Source: Francisella tularensis subsp. holarctica
GTDB taxonomy: Bacteria > Pseudomonadota > Gammaproteobacteria > Francisellales > CACEW01
Length of the DNA stretch: 64,000 nucleotides
Assembly (NCBI GenBank): GCA_945860585.1
Contig: CAMARA010000001.1
Span: 37,910-101,909 of the forward strand
Direction: 5' to 3'
A program made the translations under genes and the position numbers. Under the pieces are notes generated by a model. The model was not told the origin of the DNA. It made no database searches and saw only the letters and a program-made list of their open reading frames with translations. Below, piece after piece: positions 1 through 9,061 of the stretch. Positions within the stretch are counted from its first letter, which is position 1. Each line of letters starts with the position of its first letter.

Positions 1-507
1 TCAGTGGATCAGGATTTTTTTGCGGTGACTGAGCAAAGCTGGGATTTGCATATGGACACCAATCTGAAAGGCTTGTTCTTGTTATCGCAAGCCGTAGCCA
101 AACAAATGAAGCGACAGGAGGCAGGTGGGAGCATGATTCATATCGCAGCGCTAAATGGAGAAAAGGTTCGCAAAAACTGTGTCGCCTTTGCCGCATCCAA
201 GGCAGGCGTTCTGCATTTAACCAAATTGATGGCTTATGAGTTGATCGATTATAAAATCAAGGTGAATGCGATTCAGTTGGGACTATTTCCTTCTGATGCA
301 GTCAAAGACTGGCTTGATAATGACCCCTCTGCGAATGATTATCTACAGCGCATTCCTGCAAAACGGGCAGGCCGATTTGTTGATTTGGAAGGACCTCTCT
401 TATTATTAGCCTCTGATGCTTCAGCCTACATGTATGGTACGGTTTTGAAAGTAGATGGCGGTTTTGCAATGGATGTTTTTATGAATCTCGATATTAAAAA
501 TAATTAA
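1..507 (+). CDS. SDR-family oxidoreductase, C-terminal fragment (5' end outside window)
   Basis: Frame is open to base 1. Has the SDR catalytic-region motif AASKAGVxxLTK and a C-terminal 'LKVDGG'. Confidence 0.75.
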   Translation, partial: SVDQDFFAVTEQSWDLHMDTNLKGLFLLSQAVAKQMKRQEAGGSMIHIAALNGEKVRKNCVAFAASKAGVLHLTKLMAYELIDYKIKVNAIQLGLFPSDAVKDWLDNDPSANDYLQRIPAKRAGRFVDLEGPLLLLASDASAYMYGTVLKVDGGFAMDVFMNLDIKNN

Positions 508-518
508 AGGAGCCTATC

Positions 519-1256
519 ATGTATAACAGACTAACAACACTGCATGCAGCAGCGCTACCTTACCAAGAGAAGTACCATTTATCAATACCGGGGATACGCA
601 AGATTTTCCACCTTGACATGCCTCCGTACGGCACTACTTTAGAGCAAGATGATGCATTCAGAGTTAGATTGGCTGAATCAAGGTCTTTAAATTTCCAGGA
701 GGCGGATAATTTGATAGCATCAGGGATAATGCCCATGGTCTTCCACCTTCATGTACCCCTGGCTGAACAAGATGATGCATTTAGAGTTAGATTGGCTGAG
801 GCAAAATCCTTAACCTCTCAGGAGGTCATTAATTTATCAAGCCCAGGGATACGCAAGCTTTTCCATCTTAATGTGCCTCTGGCTGAACAAGATGATGGGT
901 TTAGAGCTAGATTGGCTGAAGCAAAGTCCTTAAGCTCCCAAGAGGCGATTAATTTGTCAAGCTATGAAGTGCACAAATGTTTTAATCTAGATGTTCCATT
1001 TTCTGAAAAAAACAGTTTTTATGTTGAAAGACTGCAGCAAGCTCGTGCATTAAGAGATGATCAGGTGTCTGAGATATCAGGTCCAACTTCAGCTGTCTAT
1101 GCTCAAGCTAAAGATCTTATAGAAAGCCAACGATTGCGGACACTTCATGGATTTAATACAGCCCTGTCGTACATGGCTCTTAGAGGCAAAACCGCTGCGG
1201 CTGATTTACATAGTCAAGCATCAGGGCCGATCTCTGAAATTAAAGGCTATTTATAG
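519..1256 (+). CDS. hypothetical protein built of four ~40-aa tandem repeats
   Basis: ATG preceded by aggag. Repeats are of the form LAEQDDAFRVRLAEAKSL(T/S)SQE(V/A)INLSSPGIRKLFHLNVP. No family recognised. Confidence 0.6.
   Translation: MYNRLTTLHAAALPYQEKYHLSIPGIRKIFHLDMPPYGTTLEQDDAFRVRLAESRSLNFQEADNLIASGIMPMVFHLHVPLAEQDDAFRVRLAEAKSLTSQEVINLSSPGIRKLFHLNVPLAEQDDGFRARLAEAKSLSSQEAINLSSYEVHKCFNLDVPFSEKNSFYVERLQQARALRDDQVSEISGPTSAVYAQAKDLIESQRLRTLHGFNTALSYMALRGKTAAADLHSQASGPISEIKGYL
585..1085 (+). repeat. in-frame tandem DNA repeat, period 120-123 bp, about 4 copies
   Basis: Units beginning 'ga(g/a)caagatgatg' start at 642, 765 and 885, spaced 123 and 120 bp. The outer copies are degenerate. Confidence 0.8.
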
Positions 1257-1376
1257 GTGTCAATTTTGATTTGCAGGTCTGATTTTAGCTTTGACTGTGG
1301 CATAACGGAGGCTCTCATGGTCGATCAAATATATTATGCTACAAAATAAGGTGCAAAAGAGATTTTTTGTGCTTGA

Positions 1377-2051
1377 TCAAGCCAAGCGCGCACCCCCATC
1401 CACTGCAACAATCGCTCCCGTCATTTGTGGATGTAATGTCACAAAATGAATGACATCAGCAATTTCAGCAGCGCTGGCTAAACGCTTTAAGGGCGAGGCA
1501 TTAGCCCATTCTTGCAGGCTTTCTGTGGGCGTTGTGCCATAAAGTGGCGTCTGTGTTAAACCTGGAGAAATGGCGTTAATGCGTAACGGGGCTAATTCAA
1601 TTGCCAGACTTTCGACCAAGACATTGACAGCTTTGCTATTTGTTGCCAAAAAAGTAATGGGGGCGCCACGTTTATCAGCAGCAGCACCAGACACCACGCT
1701 AATTGCTTTAAGATTCTTGGAGTGTTGGGCTGCATAGCGAATGATGTGGATGATGCCCCAAAATTTATCAAAGCTTTTCTTGGCATCAGCTAAGTCAACT
1801 GATAAAAACGCGCCCATGGCCAGAGGAGTGGTGGCAGTCACAATCACATAATCAAAATCAGCGTGAGTTTCAAAAAATCGGTTGATTGCCGTTTCATCCA
1901 TAAAATCCAAGTTGATGCCGGTCAAGTTTGGCAAATTGAGTTGCGCCGCATTTCGACTAACAATGGTCACTTGGTGATTATTTTTGGCAAATAGCTGGGC
2001 GGTGGCAAGGCCAATGCCAGATGAGCCCCCGACAATTAATACTTTCGACAT
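1377..2051 (-). CDS. SDR-family NAD(P)-dependent oxidoreductase
   Basis: N-terminal Rossmann motif VGGSSGIGLA. aaggagag RBS about 10 nt upstream of ATG 2051; the track ORF extends to 2075. Confidence 0.8.
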   Translation of the reverse strand: MSKVLIVGGSSGIGLATAQLFAKNNHQVTIVSRNAAQLNLPNLTGINLDFMDETAINRFFETHADFDYVIVTATTPLAMGAFLSVDLADAKKSFDKFWGIIHIIRYAAQHSKNLKAISVVSGAAADKRGAPITFLATNSKAVNVLVESLAIELAPLRINAISPGLTQTPLYGTTPTESLQEWANASPLKRLASAAEIADVIHFVTLHPQMTGAIVAVDGGARLA

Positions 2052-2143
2052 AGTGATACTCTCCTTTCTGTTCATGATTGAGGTGATTATACTGGAATAA
2101 ATCGATTCAGAAATCCGTTGAAATAACGGAGGGACGTTTTTTT

Positions 2144-2878
2144 ATGACGCCGAGTGAGAAAATTGATGAAATTATCCAGCCGCTTAAGGATTCTTTTGGC
2201 TTGACGAACCTGGTTTATCTGAAAAATTTTAACGATGGCTCAGAGATCCGCCTGTCCAATCGACCGGATTGGCTGGCCTATTTTTATGAACATAAACTCT
2301 ATCAATTCAGCCTGTTTGAGCGGCACCCCTCTGAATATATTAAGGCCCATATTCCCTGGGCAGGATTGGAAATTTATAATGCAGTGCTGGAAAAATCCCG
2401 CCAATTCAATATCGATCATGGGATTACGTTTATAGAGCCCTGTACGGATGGCTGTGAGTTTTTCTTCATTGGAACAGGCGTAGATCAAGCGAAGATCATG
2501 CCAAAATATCTGGCTAATATTGATGTGTTGAAACGGTTTCTAGATTATTTTCGAGAACAAGCCAAGCTGCTGATTGAAGAGGCCTTGCAGCACAAAATCA
2601 CGATTCCAGACAAGTTTGCAATAGCCCCCAAGCTGTTTTGTCTCAATGAGTTGAAACTTCCTAAATTTTCCAGTGGCCCTGATTTAATAGAATTTACGGC
2701 CAGGGAATTGGATTGTATGCGCCTTTTAGCGAAAGGGTACACGCAAAAAATGATGGCCAAGGAGCTTGATATTTCTATTCGGACAGTTGAAACCCATCTC
2801 AATCATGTGAAGGATAAAACGCATACGCGCTCGCGCGGTGAGTTGGCGGAATATCTCTTGAGGTTAAATTTGTCGTGA
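2144..2878 (+). CDS. LuxR-family transcriptional regulator (C-terminal HTH, unassigned N-terminal domain)
   Basis: C-terminal 'LTARELDCMRLLAKGYTQKMMAKELDISIRTVETHLNHV' is a GerE/LuxR-type HTH. Confidence 0.8.
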   Translation: MTPSEKIDEIIQPLKDSFGLTNLVYLKNFNDGSEIRLSNRPDWLAYFYEHKLYQFSLFERHPSEYIKAHIPWAGLEIYNAVLEKSRQFNIDHGITFIEPCTDGCEFFFIGTGVDQAKIMPKYLANIDVLKRFLDYFREQAKLLIEEALQHKITIPDKFAIAPKLFCLNELKLPKFSSGPDLIEFTARELDCMRLLAKGYTQKMMAKELDISIRTVETHLNHVKDKTHTRSRGELAEYLLRLNLS

Positions 2879-2920
2879 TGATATATTGATGCACTATGAA
2901 AAAATAAGGTGAACTGAAAT

Positions 2921-3331
2921 ATGGACTGCCAATTTTGCAATTTAGCGAATGGGCGTGAAGCCTCTAATATTGTTTATCAGACAAAAAATATCGCTTGTTT
3001 TTTAGATATTGATCCGATTAATGACGGGCATGTATTAATTGTTCCAAAAGGACACGTGCTGGATACTGAGGAATTAGACAGTGATACTCGATTGGAAGTG
3101 ATGGACGCAGTCGTTTTGATTTCAAAAGCACTTAAAAAACGCTATCAACCAGATGGGATCAGCATTATGCAAAATGGCGGCGTGTTTAATGATGTAGGGC
3201 ACTACCATATGCACATTTTTCCGCGATATAAAAACGATGGCTTTGCCTGGATTGACAGGACATCATTAATAAAAGATGGAAATCTTGGAGAAGTTGCTGA
3301 TAATTTGATTAAAATAATTCAGCTGCTTTAA
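2921..3331 (+). CDS. HIT-family (histidine triad) protein
   Basis: 'GHYHMHIFPR' histidine-triad motif and N-terminal CxxC. Confidence 0.85.
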   Translation: MDCQFCNLANGREASNIVYQTKNIACFLDIDPINDGHVLIVPKGHVLDTEELDSDTRLEVMDAVVLISKALKKRYQPDGISIMQNGGVFNDVGHYHMHIFPRYKNDGFAWIDRTSLIKDGNLGEVADNLIKIIQLL

Positions 3332-3355
3332 GTGGAAAATCATCAAGCAATATAT

Positions 3356-3817
3356 TCAGTCCACAACCACGCTCATTTCCTTATGGGAAGATAAAATAAT
3401 CTGAGTCATGGTTTTGGTCACACCTGTTTGGCTTTTCAGGAAATCAGAGATAAAGCTTTCTAGTGCTCGCGTGTTTGCAACCCTTACTTTCAGTGCGTAG
3501 GAATATTCGCCTGTTAGGTGATGGCATTCCAAAACATTTTTGTGGGCGATGGCCTGTTTTAAAAAAGCAGCATTGTCCTCTTTCTTTTCTACCAGCACAA
3601 AAATAAAGGCCCCAAGCTCCATTTCCATAAAGCGACTATCGACCAGTGCCACAGTCTTGTGAATGACCCCTGCGTTTTTGAGTCGACGCATCCGTTCGTT
3701 GGTTGCGGAGGCAGAGAGTCCGATTAATTCTCCAATATTTGCTGAAGTTTGACTGGCATCTGTCATGAGTGCTTCAACTATTTTATGGTCTAGCTCATCA
3801 TAATCAAAATTATTCAT
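3356..3817 (-). CDS. Lrp/AsnC-family transcriptional regulator
   Basis: N-terminal HTH 'LDHKIVEALMTDASQTSANIGELIGLSASATNERMRRLKNAGVI' and a C-terminal RAM-type domain. Divergent from the LysE exporter. Confidence 0.85.
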   Translation of the reverse strand: MNNFDYDELDHKIVEALMTDASQTSANIGELIGLSASATNERMRRLKNAGVIHKTVALVDSRFMEMELGAFIFVLVEKKEDNAAFLKQAIAHKNVLECHHLTGEYSYALKVRVANTRALESFISDFLKSQTGVTKTMTQIILSSHKEMSVVVD

Positions 3818-3880
3818 TGACTTTATCCTATTATTCAGTTTAAAATATCGTTTTATTTATTATATTCGGGAATATATTCT

Positions 3881-4489
3881 GTGTCAAACTTATTTTACTT
3901 GATAAATGCCTGGCTGATTGGTCTTGCCATTGCCGCACCCGTTGGCCCAATCGGTATGCTTTGTATTCGCAGAACCCTTGAGCATGGATTGCGCGGTGCG
4001 TTGGCTGTGGGCTTGGGTGCGGCGCTGGCCGATAGTGTTTATGGTGGTATTGCGGCTACAGGCTTGACGGCAGTGTCTCATTTTTTGCTTGGACAGGTGG
4101 TGTTCATTCGGGTGTTGGGTGGATGTTTCTTGTTGTATCTGGCGTATAAGGAGCTGCGCAGCAAGCCCGCTACAAAAGAGGCTAGATTGAAGAAAAATAA
4201 AGGTGCATTAACCCTTCAGGTCTTTTTTCTCACCTTGACCAATCCGATGACGATTTTAAGTTTCATTGGGATATTTGCTAGTATTGGCGGAGGAGCGGCG
4301 ACCAGTTTGGGTGCTTTGATTATGGTGCTGGGCGTTTTTTTAGGATCAATGACCTGGTGGGTGATATTGGGATCGTTTATTGTGAAGATTAAGCATAAAT
4401 TGCCTGAGGTTTGGATTCAACGCATTCGCTATTTATCCGTCATTATTTTGGCTGGATTTGGTGTAGTGGCAATTTTAAGCGTCTTATAG
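3881..4489 (+). CDS. LysE/RhtB-family amino-acid exporter
   Basis: About 200 aa with six hydrophobic helices and N-terminal 'PVGPIGMLCIRRTL'. Forms a divergent pair with the Lrp regulator. Confidence 0.8.
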   Translation: MSNLFYLINAWLIGLAIAAPVGPIGMLCIRRTLEHGLRGALAVGLGAALADSVYGGIAATGLTAVSHFLLGQVVFIRVLGGCFLLYLAYKELRSKPATKEARLKKNKGALTLQVFFLTLTNPMTILSFIGIFASIGGGAATSLGALIMVLGVFLGSMTWWVILGSFIVKIKHKLPEVWIQRIRYLSVIILAGFGVVAILSVL

Positions 4490-5013
4490 TCTTCTATGCT
4501 TAAACGATACAATACATGCCTGACGTGACTAATAGGATGGTCAAAATCACCGTTAAAATCTCGTTTCAAACCGATCTTCTCCATTACACGCATGGAAGGC
4601 TTATTCAAAGTTGTAGTAAACGAAACGATTTCTTTGAGGCCGTGTTTTTCAAATCCACTTTTCAGAGCTGCTTTTGCTGCTTCAGTTGCATAGCCCTTCC
4701 CCCAAAATTGATGTGCCAAGCGCCAAGCAATTTCAACGCAGGGGCTGAAATGGGTTTGATAGGGTGGAATGGCTAAACCAACAAAACCAATAAAATCGCC
4801 AGTTTCTTTGAGCTCAACAGCATAGCAACAGAAACCGTGTTCTTTAAAATGACGGCGATGCCATTCGATACCGTCTCTCGATTCCTGCTCAGTGCGGAGA
4901 GCAGGAAAAAATTCCATAACGCGTGGGTCTTGGTTCATGGCGACAAATATGGGAATGTCCTCGTCTTTCCATTCGCGGAGGATCAGGCGTTCAGTTTCGA
5001 GAATAGCGCTCAT
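4429..5013 (-). CDS. GNAT-family N-acetyltransferase (RimJ/RimL-like)
   Basis: 'ETERLILREW' N-terminus and a 'WGKGYATEAAKA' acetyl-CoA pocket. Confidence 0.8.
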   Translation of the reverse strand: MSAILETERLILREWKDEDIPIFVAMNQDPRVMEFFPALRTEQESRDGIEWHRRHFKEHGFCCYAVELKETGDFIGFVGLAIPPYQTHFSPCVEIAWRLAHQFWGKGYATEAAKAALKSGFEKHGLKEIVSFTTTLNKPSMRVMEKIGLKRDFNGDFDHPISHVRHVLYRLSIEDYKTLKIATTPNPAKIMTDK

Positions 5014-5450
5014 CTCAAATCCTTACGCAGAAAAATTTTGGAGTGCTGAAACAGATAGTTTTTGATTTCCCCCAAGCGCTGATATCCATTTTTTACGTAG
5101 AATGCTTCGGCTTGAAAACTGAAAGTGTCTAGCGTTGAGTAGATACAGCCTTGCTTGCGGGCTTCATCCTCGGCGGCAAGCAGTAATTTTGTTCCATAGT
5201 GGTGGTGACGAACGCCTTCATCGACCCAGAGCACATCAATATAAACAGACTCGCTGTGCAACCAGGCTAAAATGCCACCGTATATTTTATCGTGCTTATC
5301 TGTCAGTACGACGGAGAAGGTTTTTGCTGTCTCATGGATGATGCTTTTGTTAAACGCCACGATTCCAGCGCGAATGGCTTTTTTATCTTCATCAGAAGCA
5401 TTGTAATCGACTTTGATTTGTAAGTCTGCTTTTAGGGTTGTCTGTGGCAT
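5010..5450 (-). CDS. GNAT-family N-acetyltransferase
   Basis: 'VDEGVRHHHYGTKLLLAAEDEARKQGC' acetyl-CoA-binding core. Start overlaps the neighbour's stop by 4 nt. Confidence 0.75.
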   Translation of the reverse strand: MPQTTLKADLQIKVDYNASDEDKKAIRAGIVAFNKSIIHETAKTFSVVLTDKHDKIYGGILAWLHSESVYIDVLWVDEGVRHHHYGTKLLLAAEDEARKQGCIYSTLDTFSFQAEAFYVKNGYQRLGEIKNYLFQHSKIFLRKDLR

Positions 5451-5482
5451 AATGGGCTTATGGCTGCAAGGATAGGCATATT

Positions 5483-6628
5483 ATGTCACAAATTGACTCT
5501 GTTCTCAATGATTTGAAGAATGAAGTGAACCAGCTTTTAGGCTTTCACGAAGGCATTCCTAGAATTAACTACGGGCCTTGCGGCGTATTTGCCTTTTTGT
5601 TTTATCAGGCTTGGAATAGACGCTTTGCAGACAAAGTACATATTTGTTTCGTGATGACACAAAAGTGGGATGAATGTGATCATGTGGTGATTCGTTTACC
5701 CAATGGTCAATTCTATGATGGAGGGATTGGAGTGCATTCTGATGCAAACTATCTCCCCCAATTCGTGATTGATGAAATGCTGGAGTATGACCATGATACT
5801 TTGGAGAAATGGTCTTATGGGCTGGATCGTACCTATCCGCGGTTTTGTCCTGATTTTAATAGGCAGAAAATTCGGGAAATCATTGAGTGCCATTTGGATC
5901 GCCTGATGATTAAGGTAACTCGAATTGATAATACGGTTCATCGCGAGATTGGGCCATGGACGCCAGCAGTGCATGCTTTGCTCAAGCATTTACGCAGTCG
6001 TGGATTTTTAAATGCGCCTGAAGTACTTGGATTTGATGATGAAGGGCGAGAAATTCTTTCCTATCGTGAGGGTGACGTTGGCCATGATCCTTTGAGTCCA
6101 GCAGCTCGTTCAGATACTGCATTAAAAACTGCTGCCCGCTTGCTCCGTGCTTATCATGATCATACAGTGGATTTTGCAAATACTTACCAGGGCGAATGGC
6201 AGTTTCCAGCACATCCGCCCATTGAGGTGATCTGTCATGGTGATTACGCTCCCTACAATTGTGTGCTTCAAGGCGATGCAGTAGTTGGGGTCATTGATTT
6301 TGATACGGCGCACCCGGGCTCGCGCATTTGGGATATTGCTTATGCAGTGTATCGTTTTGCACCCTTGATGACACCTGATAATCCAGCAGGGTTTGGTGCG
6401 CAGGAAGAGCAAATTCGGCGGGCTAAATTATTTTGCCAGGAATATGGTCTGTCAGATTTAAGCCAGCTGATTTCCACTATTTTGGAGCGACTCGGTGTGT
6501 TGATTGATTTCATCAACGCTCGGGCAAAAGCGGGAGACTCTTTCTATCAAAAGGCTGTGGATGAGGGGCATTGTGAATTATATTTGGCTGATTGTGAATA
6601 TATTCGGCGAAATTTTGAAAGTATATAA
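5483..6628 (+). CDS. fusion protein: N-terminal transglutaminase-like Cys-His-Asp core plus C-terminal APH/choline-kinase-fold phosphotransferase
   Basis: N-terminal 'GPCGVFAFLF...CDHVVIRLPNGQFYDGG' (C33/H67/D79). C-terminal 'CHGDYAPYNCV' (HxDxxxxN) and 'VIDFDTA'. Confidence 0.55.
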   Translation: MSQIDSVLNDLKNEVNQLLGFHEGIPRINYGPCGVFAFLFYQAWNRRFADKVHICFVMTQKWDECDHVVIRLPNGQFYDGGIGVHSDANYLPQFVIDEMLEYDHDTLEKWSYGLDRTYPRFCPDFNRQKIREIIECHLDRLMIKVTRIDNTVHREIGPWTPAVHALLKHLRSRGFLNAPEVLGFDDEGREILSYREGDVGHDPLSPAARSDTALKTAARLLRAYHDHTVDFANTYQGEWQFPAHPPIEVICHGDYAPYNCVLQGDAVVGVIDFDTAHPGSRIWDIAYAVYRFAPLMTPDNPAGFGAQEEQIRRAKLFCQEYGLSDLSQLISTILERLGVLIDFINARAKAGDSFYQKAVDEGHCELYLADCEYIRRNFESI

Positions 6629-6643
6629 AGTGGAGGGTATCAA

Positions 6644-7981
6644 ATGAAACGTCGGGTATCAGTTGTCAGCAAAGAATATGCGCCGCGCATGAAACAAATT
6701 GTGCAGTCATATGTAGACGACAAGCAATTTATGGGGTCTATTCTTGTCGTTCAAAAAGGGCAGGTATTACTAGATGAGGGATATGGATTTGCTAATCTCG
6801 AATGGCAAATACCTAATTCGTCAATTACAAAATTTCGTTTAGGCTCGCTGACGAAGCAGTTTACAGCTGTCGCTATTTTGTTGCTGGAGGAACAAGGTAA
6901 ACTAAAAATAATTGACCTGCTTAATCAATATATGCCTGATGCGCCTTCTGCTTGGAATGAGGTTACAATTTTTCATTTGTTAAACCACACATCCGGGATT
7001 CCAAATTATACCAAATTTCCGGATTTTACTGCATTTGCAAGTAGTGCAAAAACGCCTGAACAGCAGATCGCGTATTTTCGCGACAAACCATTAAAGTTCG
7101 AACCTGGATCAGACTTTGAATATAACAACTCAGCTTATGTCCTGCTTGGCTACCTGATTGAAAAGCTGAGTGGTCAAAGCTATCAAGACTTTATTGTGCA
7201 AAACATCTTCAAGCCACTTGAAATGAATGATTCTGGTTACGACTCTCATTCGGAAATCCTATTGCACCGGGCATCCGGCTATGAAATCACCCCCAATGGC
7301 CTTCGCAATACAGATTATCTTGATATGAGCATCCCTTATGCAGCAGGCTCCCTTTACTCAACCACGCAAGACTTGCTGCGCTGGCACGAAAAATTATTCG
7401 GAGGGAAAATTATTTCACCGCAATCGCTTCATAAAATGATACAGCCATTTAAAAACACTTATGGGCTCGGGGTAAGCATCCTATCATTATATGGGCATAA
7501 AGCAATCACTCATGGCGGTGGCATTAGTGGATTTAATACGTTTATGATCTATTTTCCTGAGGACAAGCTCACTGTTATCGTTCTAGCCAATCTCATTGCA
7601 TTAGGTTTTGTTCCACAAAGTATTGGCTTGAACATTGCAGAATTAGTTTATAAAAAATCTGTGACAACACCATCAGAAAGAAAAGAAATAGCGTTTTTAC
7701 CTGAAGCGCTGACCCAATTCATCGGCTCGTACACCATCACTCCGGTAAACATTTACTACAAAACGCAAACATCTACCTTGGTGATTTATCTAGAAAACGA
7801 TCACTTGGCTGCTCAAATAGAAAGTCATTCTAAAGTCAAATTATTCCCTGAGTCAGAAACAAAATTTTTCAGTAAAATACCGGATGTCCAAATTGAATTT
7901 TTTAAGGATAAACAAGGTAACGTTTCTCACCTGGTTTTACATCAGGATGGAGAAGAGTCAACCGGGATGAAGATCCTTTAA
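6644..7981 (+). CDS. serine hydrolase, class-C beta-lactamase / DD-peptidase family
   Basis: 'SLTKQFTA' (SxxK), 'YNNSAY' (YxN) and 'HGGG' (KTG-equivalent region). Confidence 0.8.
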   Translation: MKRRVSVVSKEYAPRMKQIVQSYVDDKQFMGSILVVQKGQVLLDEGYGFANLEWQIPNSSITKFRLGSLTKQFTAVAILLLEEQGKLKIIDLLNQYMPDAPSAWNEVTIFHLLNHTSGIPNYTKFPDFTAFASSAKTPEQQIAYFRDKPLKFEPGSDFEYNNSAYVLLGYLIEKLSGQSYQDFIVQNIFKPLEMNDSGYDSHSEILLHRASGYEITPNGLRNTDYLDMSIPYAAGSLYSTTQDLLRWHEKLFGGKIISPQSLHKMIQPFKNTYGLGVSILSLYGHKAITHGGGISGFNTFMIYFPEDKLTVIVLANLIALGFVPQSIGLNIAELVYKKSVTTPSERKEIAFLPEALTQFIGSYTITPVNIYYKTQTSTLVIYLENDHLAAQIESHSKVKLFPESETKFFSKIPDVQIEFFKDKQGNVSHLVLHQDGEESTGMKIL

Positions 7982-8002
7982 AAGTCTATTTTTAAGCTCC
8001 AA

Positions 8003-8392
8003 TTAGGTAGGTGTCCAAGCACCTTGATCTACGATTTTTGCCTCATCTGCACCTGACCAAGGTGGCATCGTAACGCATAGAAAAACTAGATCAGCTGCGG
8101 CATCGCTGCGATATTGAAATTGAGCGCCCACTGGAATTTCAATGGTGGTGCCTGTTTCCAAAGGGGTGATTTCTTCATTATTCCCGTCCATTTTGCGCCA
8201 AATCGCACCTTTACCCGATAAGACATGCCAAAATTCACTGACGGTTTTATGCTGAACAGCTAGGGTGATTTTACCTGCTTTCAGTGTGCAATGAGCGATT
8301 CCGCCCAGATGACTATTCATCAGGAGGCGTACTTCTGCACCTGCTGGCGATGTGTGCTGATATGTCTCAGGGATTTTGAGGAGGGTTTGCAC
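8003..8392 (-). CDS. cupin-domain protein
   Basis: 129 aa with a beta-barrel pattern, 'HKTVSEFWHVLSGKGAIW...G..I.IP.G..FQ'. Confidence 0.65.
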   Translation of the reverse strand: MQTLLKIPETYQHTSPAGAEVRLLMNSHLGGIAHCTLKAGKITLAVQHKTVSEFWHVLSGKGAIWRKMDGNNEEITPLETGTTIEIPVGAQFQYRSDAAADLVFLCVTMPPWSGADEAKIVDQGAWTPT

Positions 8393-9032
8393 GGTCTGGC
8401 TCCTGTAGTTTAATTTCGATGCGCTCTTTGCCGCCGCCGATATTCACGCGTTTCAGATTGACGAGGCCGACTTCAGCAGTGGATTTTACATGTGTGCCCC
8501 CGCAGGAGACTTTCGAGAAGCCTTCGATTTCCCAATAGCGGCGCTGGGTTGCTTCATCGGTATAGCCTTTTTTGATAGGGAGATCCCGCTCAATAATCTG
8601 GTTGTATTCGGCGAGGATTTCTGGAAAATGGCTTGAAATATTTTGGTTGTGAAAGAAGTCAATGCGCGATTTTTCTTCTGAAATGTGGGCGCCGATTTTT
8701 TCCAAATTCAGCTTGTGAGTGACGATTTCTAAAATCAGCTCTGCGGCAAAATGGAGGCGCATCAATTTGTAGCGGCGCTTCCAGTTAATTTCCAGATAAA
8801 CGGGATCACCTGCTTTTAGAGTGTGGTCAGCAGGCAGCGTGTAGTAAATCAGGGTGTCGACTATTTCTGAGCTCAGGATAGGAAGGCCGCCAATCTGACC
8901 TGCATCACTTTCTTGTCCACCACAAAACGAAAAGGCGATGGTTTCATCCAGTAAAACTCGGTCGCCATCCACAGCGGTGACTTTGGTGTTGAGTTGAGTT
9001 TGGTAGGGGTTTTCCCAGAAGACTTTTTTCAT
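8367..9032 (-). CDS. alanyl-tRNA editing protein (AlaX-type; Thr/Ala-tRNA synthetase SAD domain)
   Basis: 'HFAAELILE' (HxxxH-region) and 'SCGGTHV' zinc/editing motifs. Confidence 0.75.
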   Translation of the reverse strand: MKKVFWENPYQTQLNTKVTAVDGDRVLLDETIAFSFCGGQESDAGQIGGLPILSSEIVDTLIYYTLPADHTLKAGDPVYLEINWKRRYKLMRLHFAAELILEIVTHKLNLEKIGAHISEEKSRIDFFHNQNISSHFPEILAEYNQIIERDLPIKKGYTDEATQRRYWEIEGFSKVSCGGTHVKSTAEVGLVNLKRVNIGGGKERIEIKLQEPDRANPPQNP

Positions 9033-9061
9033 GGCGGATCATTTGTGTTTGGATTTGGAGA

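Noticed and set aside
585-1085. CRISPR-like regular repeats
   Set aside because: The 120-bp period is entirely repeat with no unique spacers, is in frame within one ORF, and has no cas genes nearby. It is a coding tandem repeat. No CRISPR array was seen anywhere in the window.
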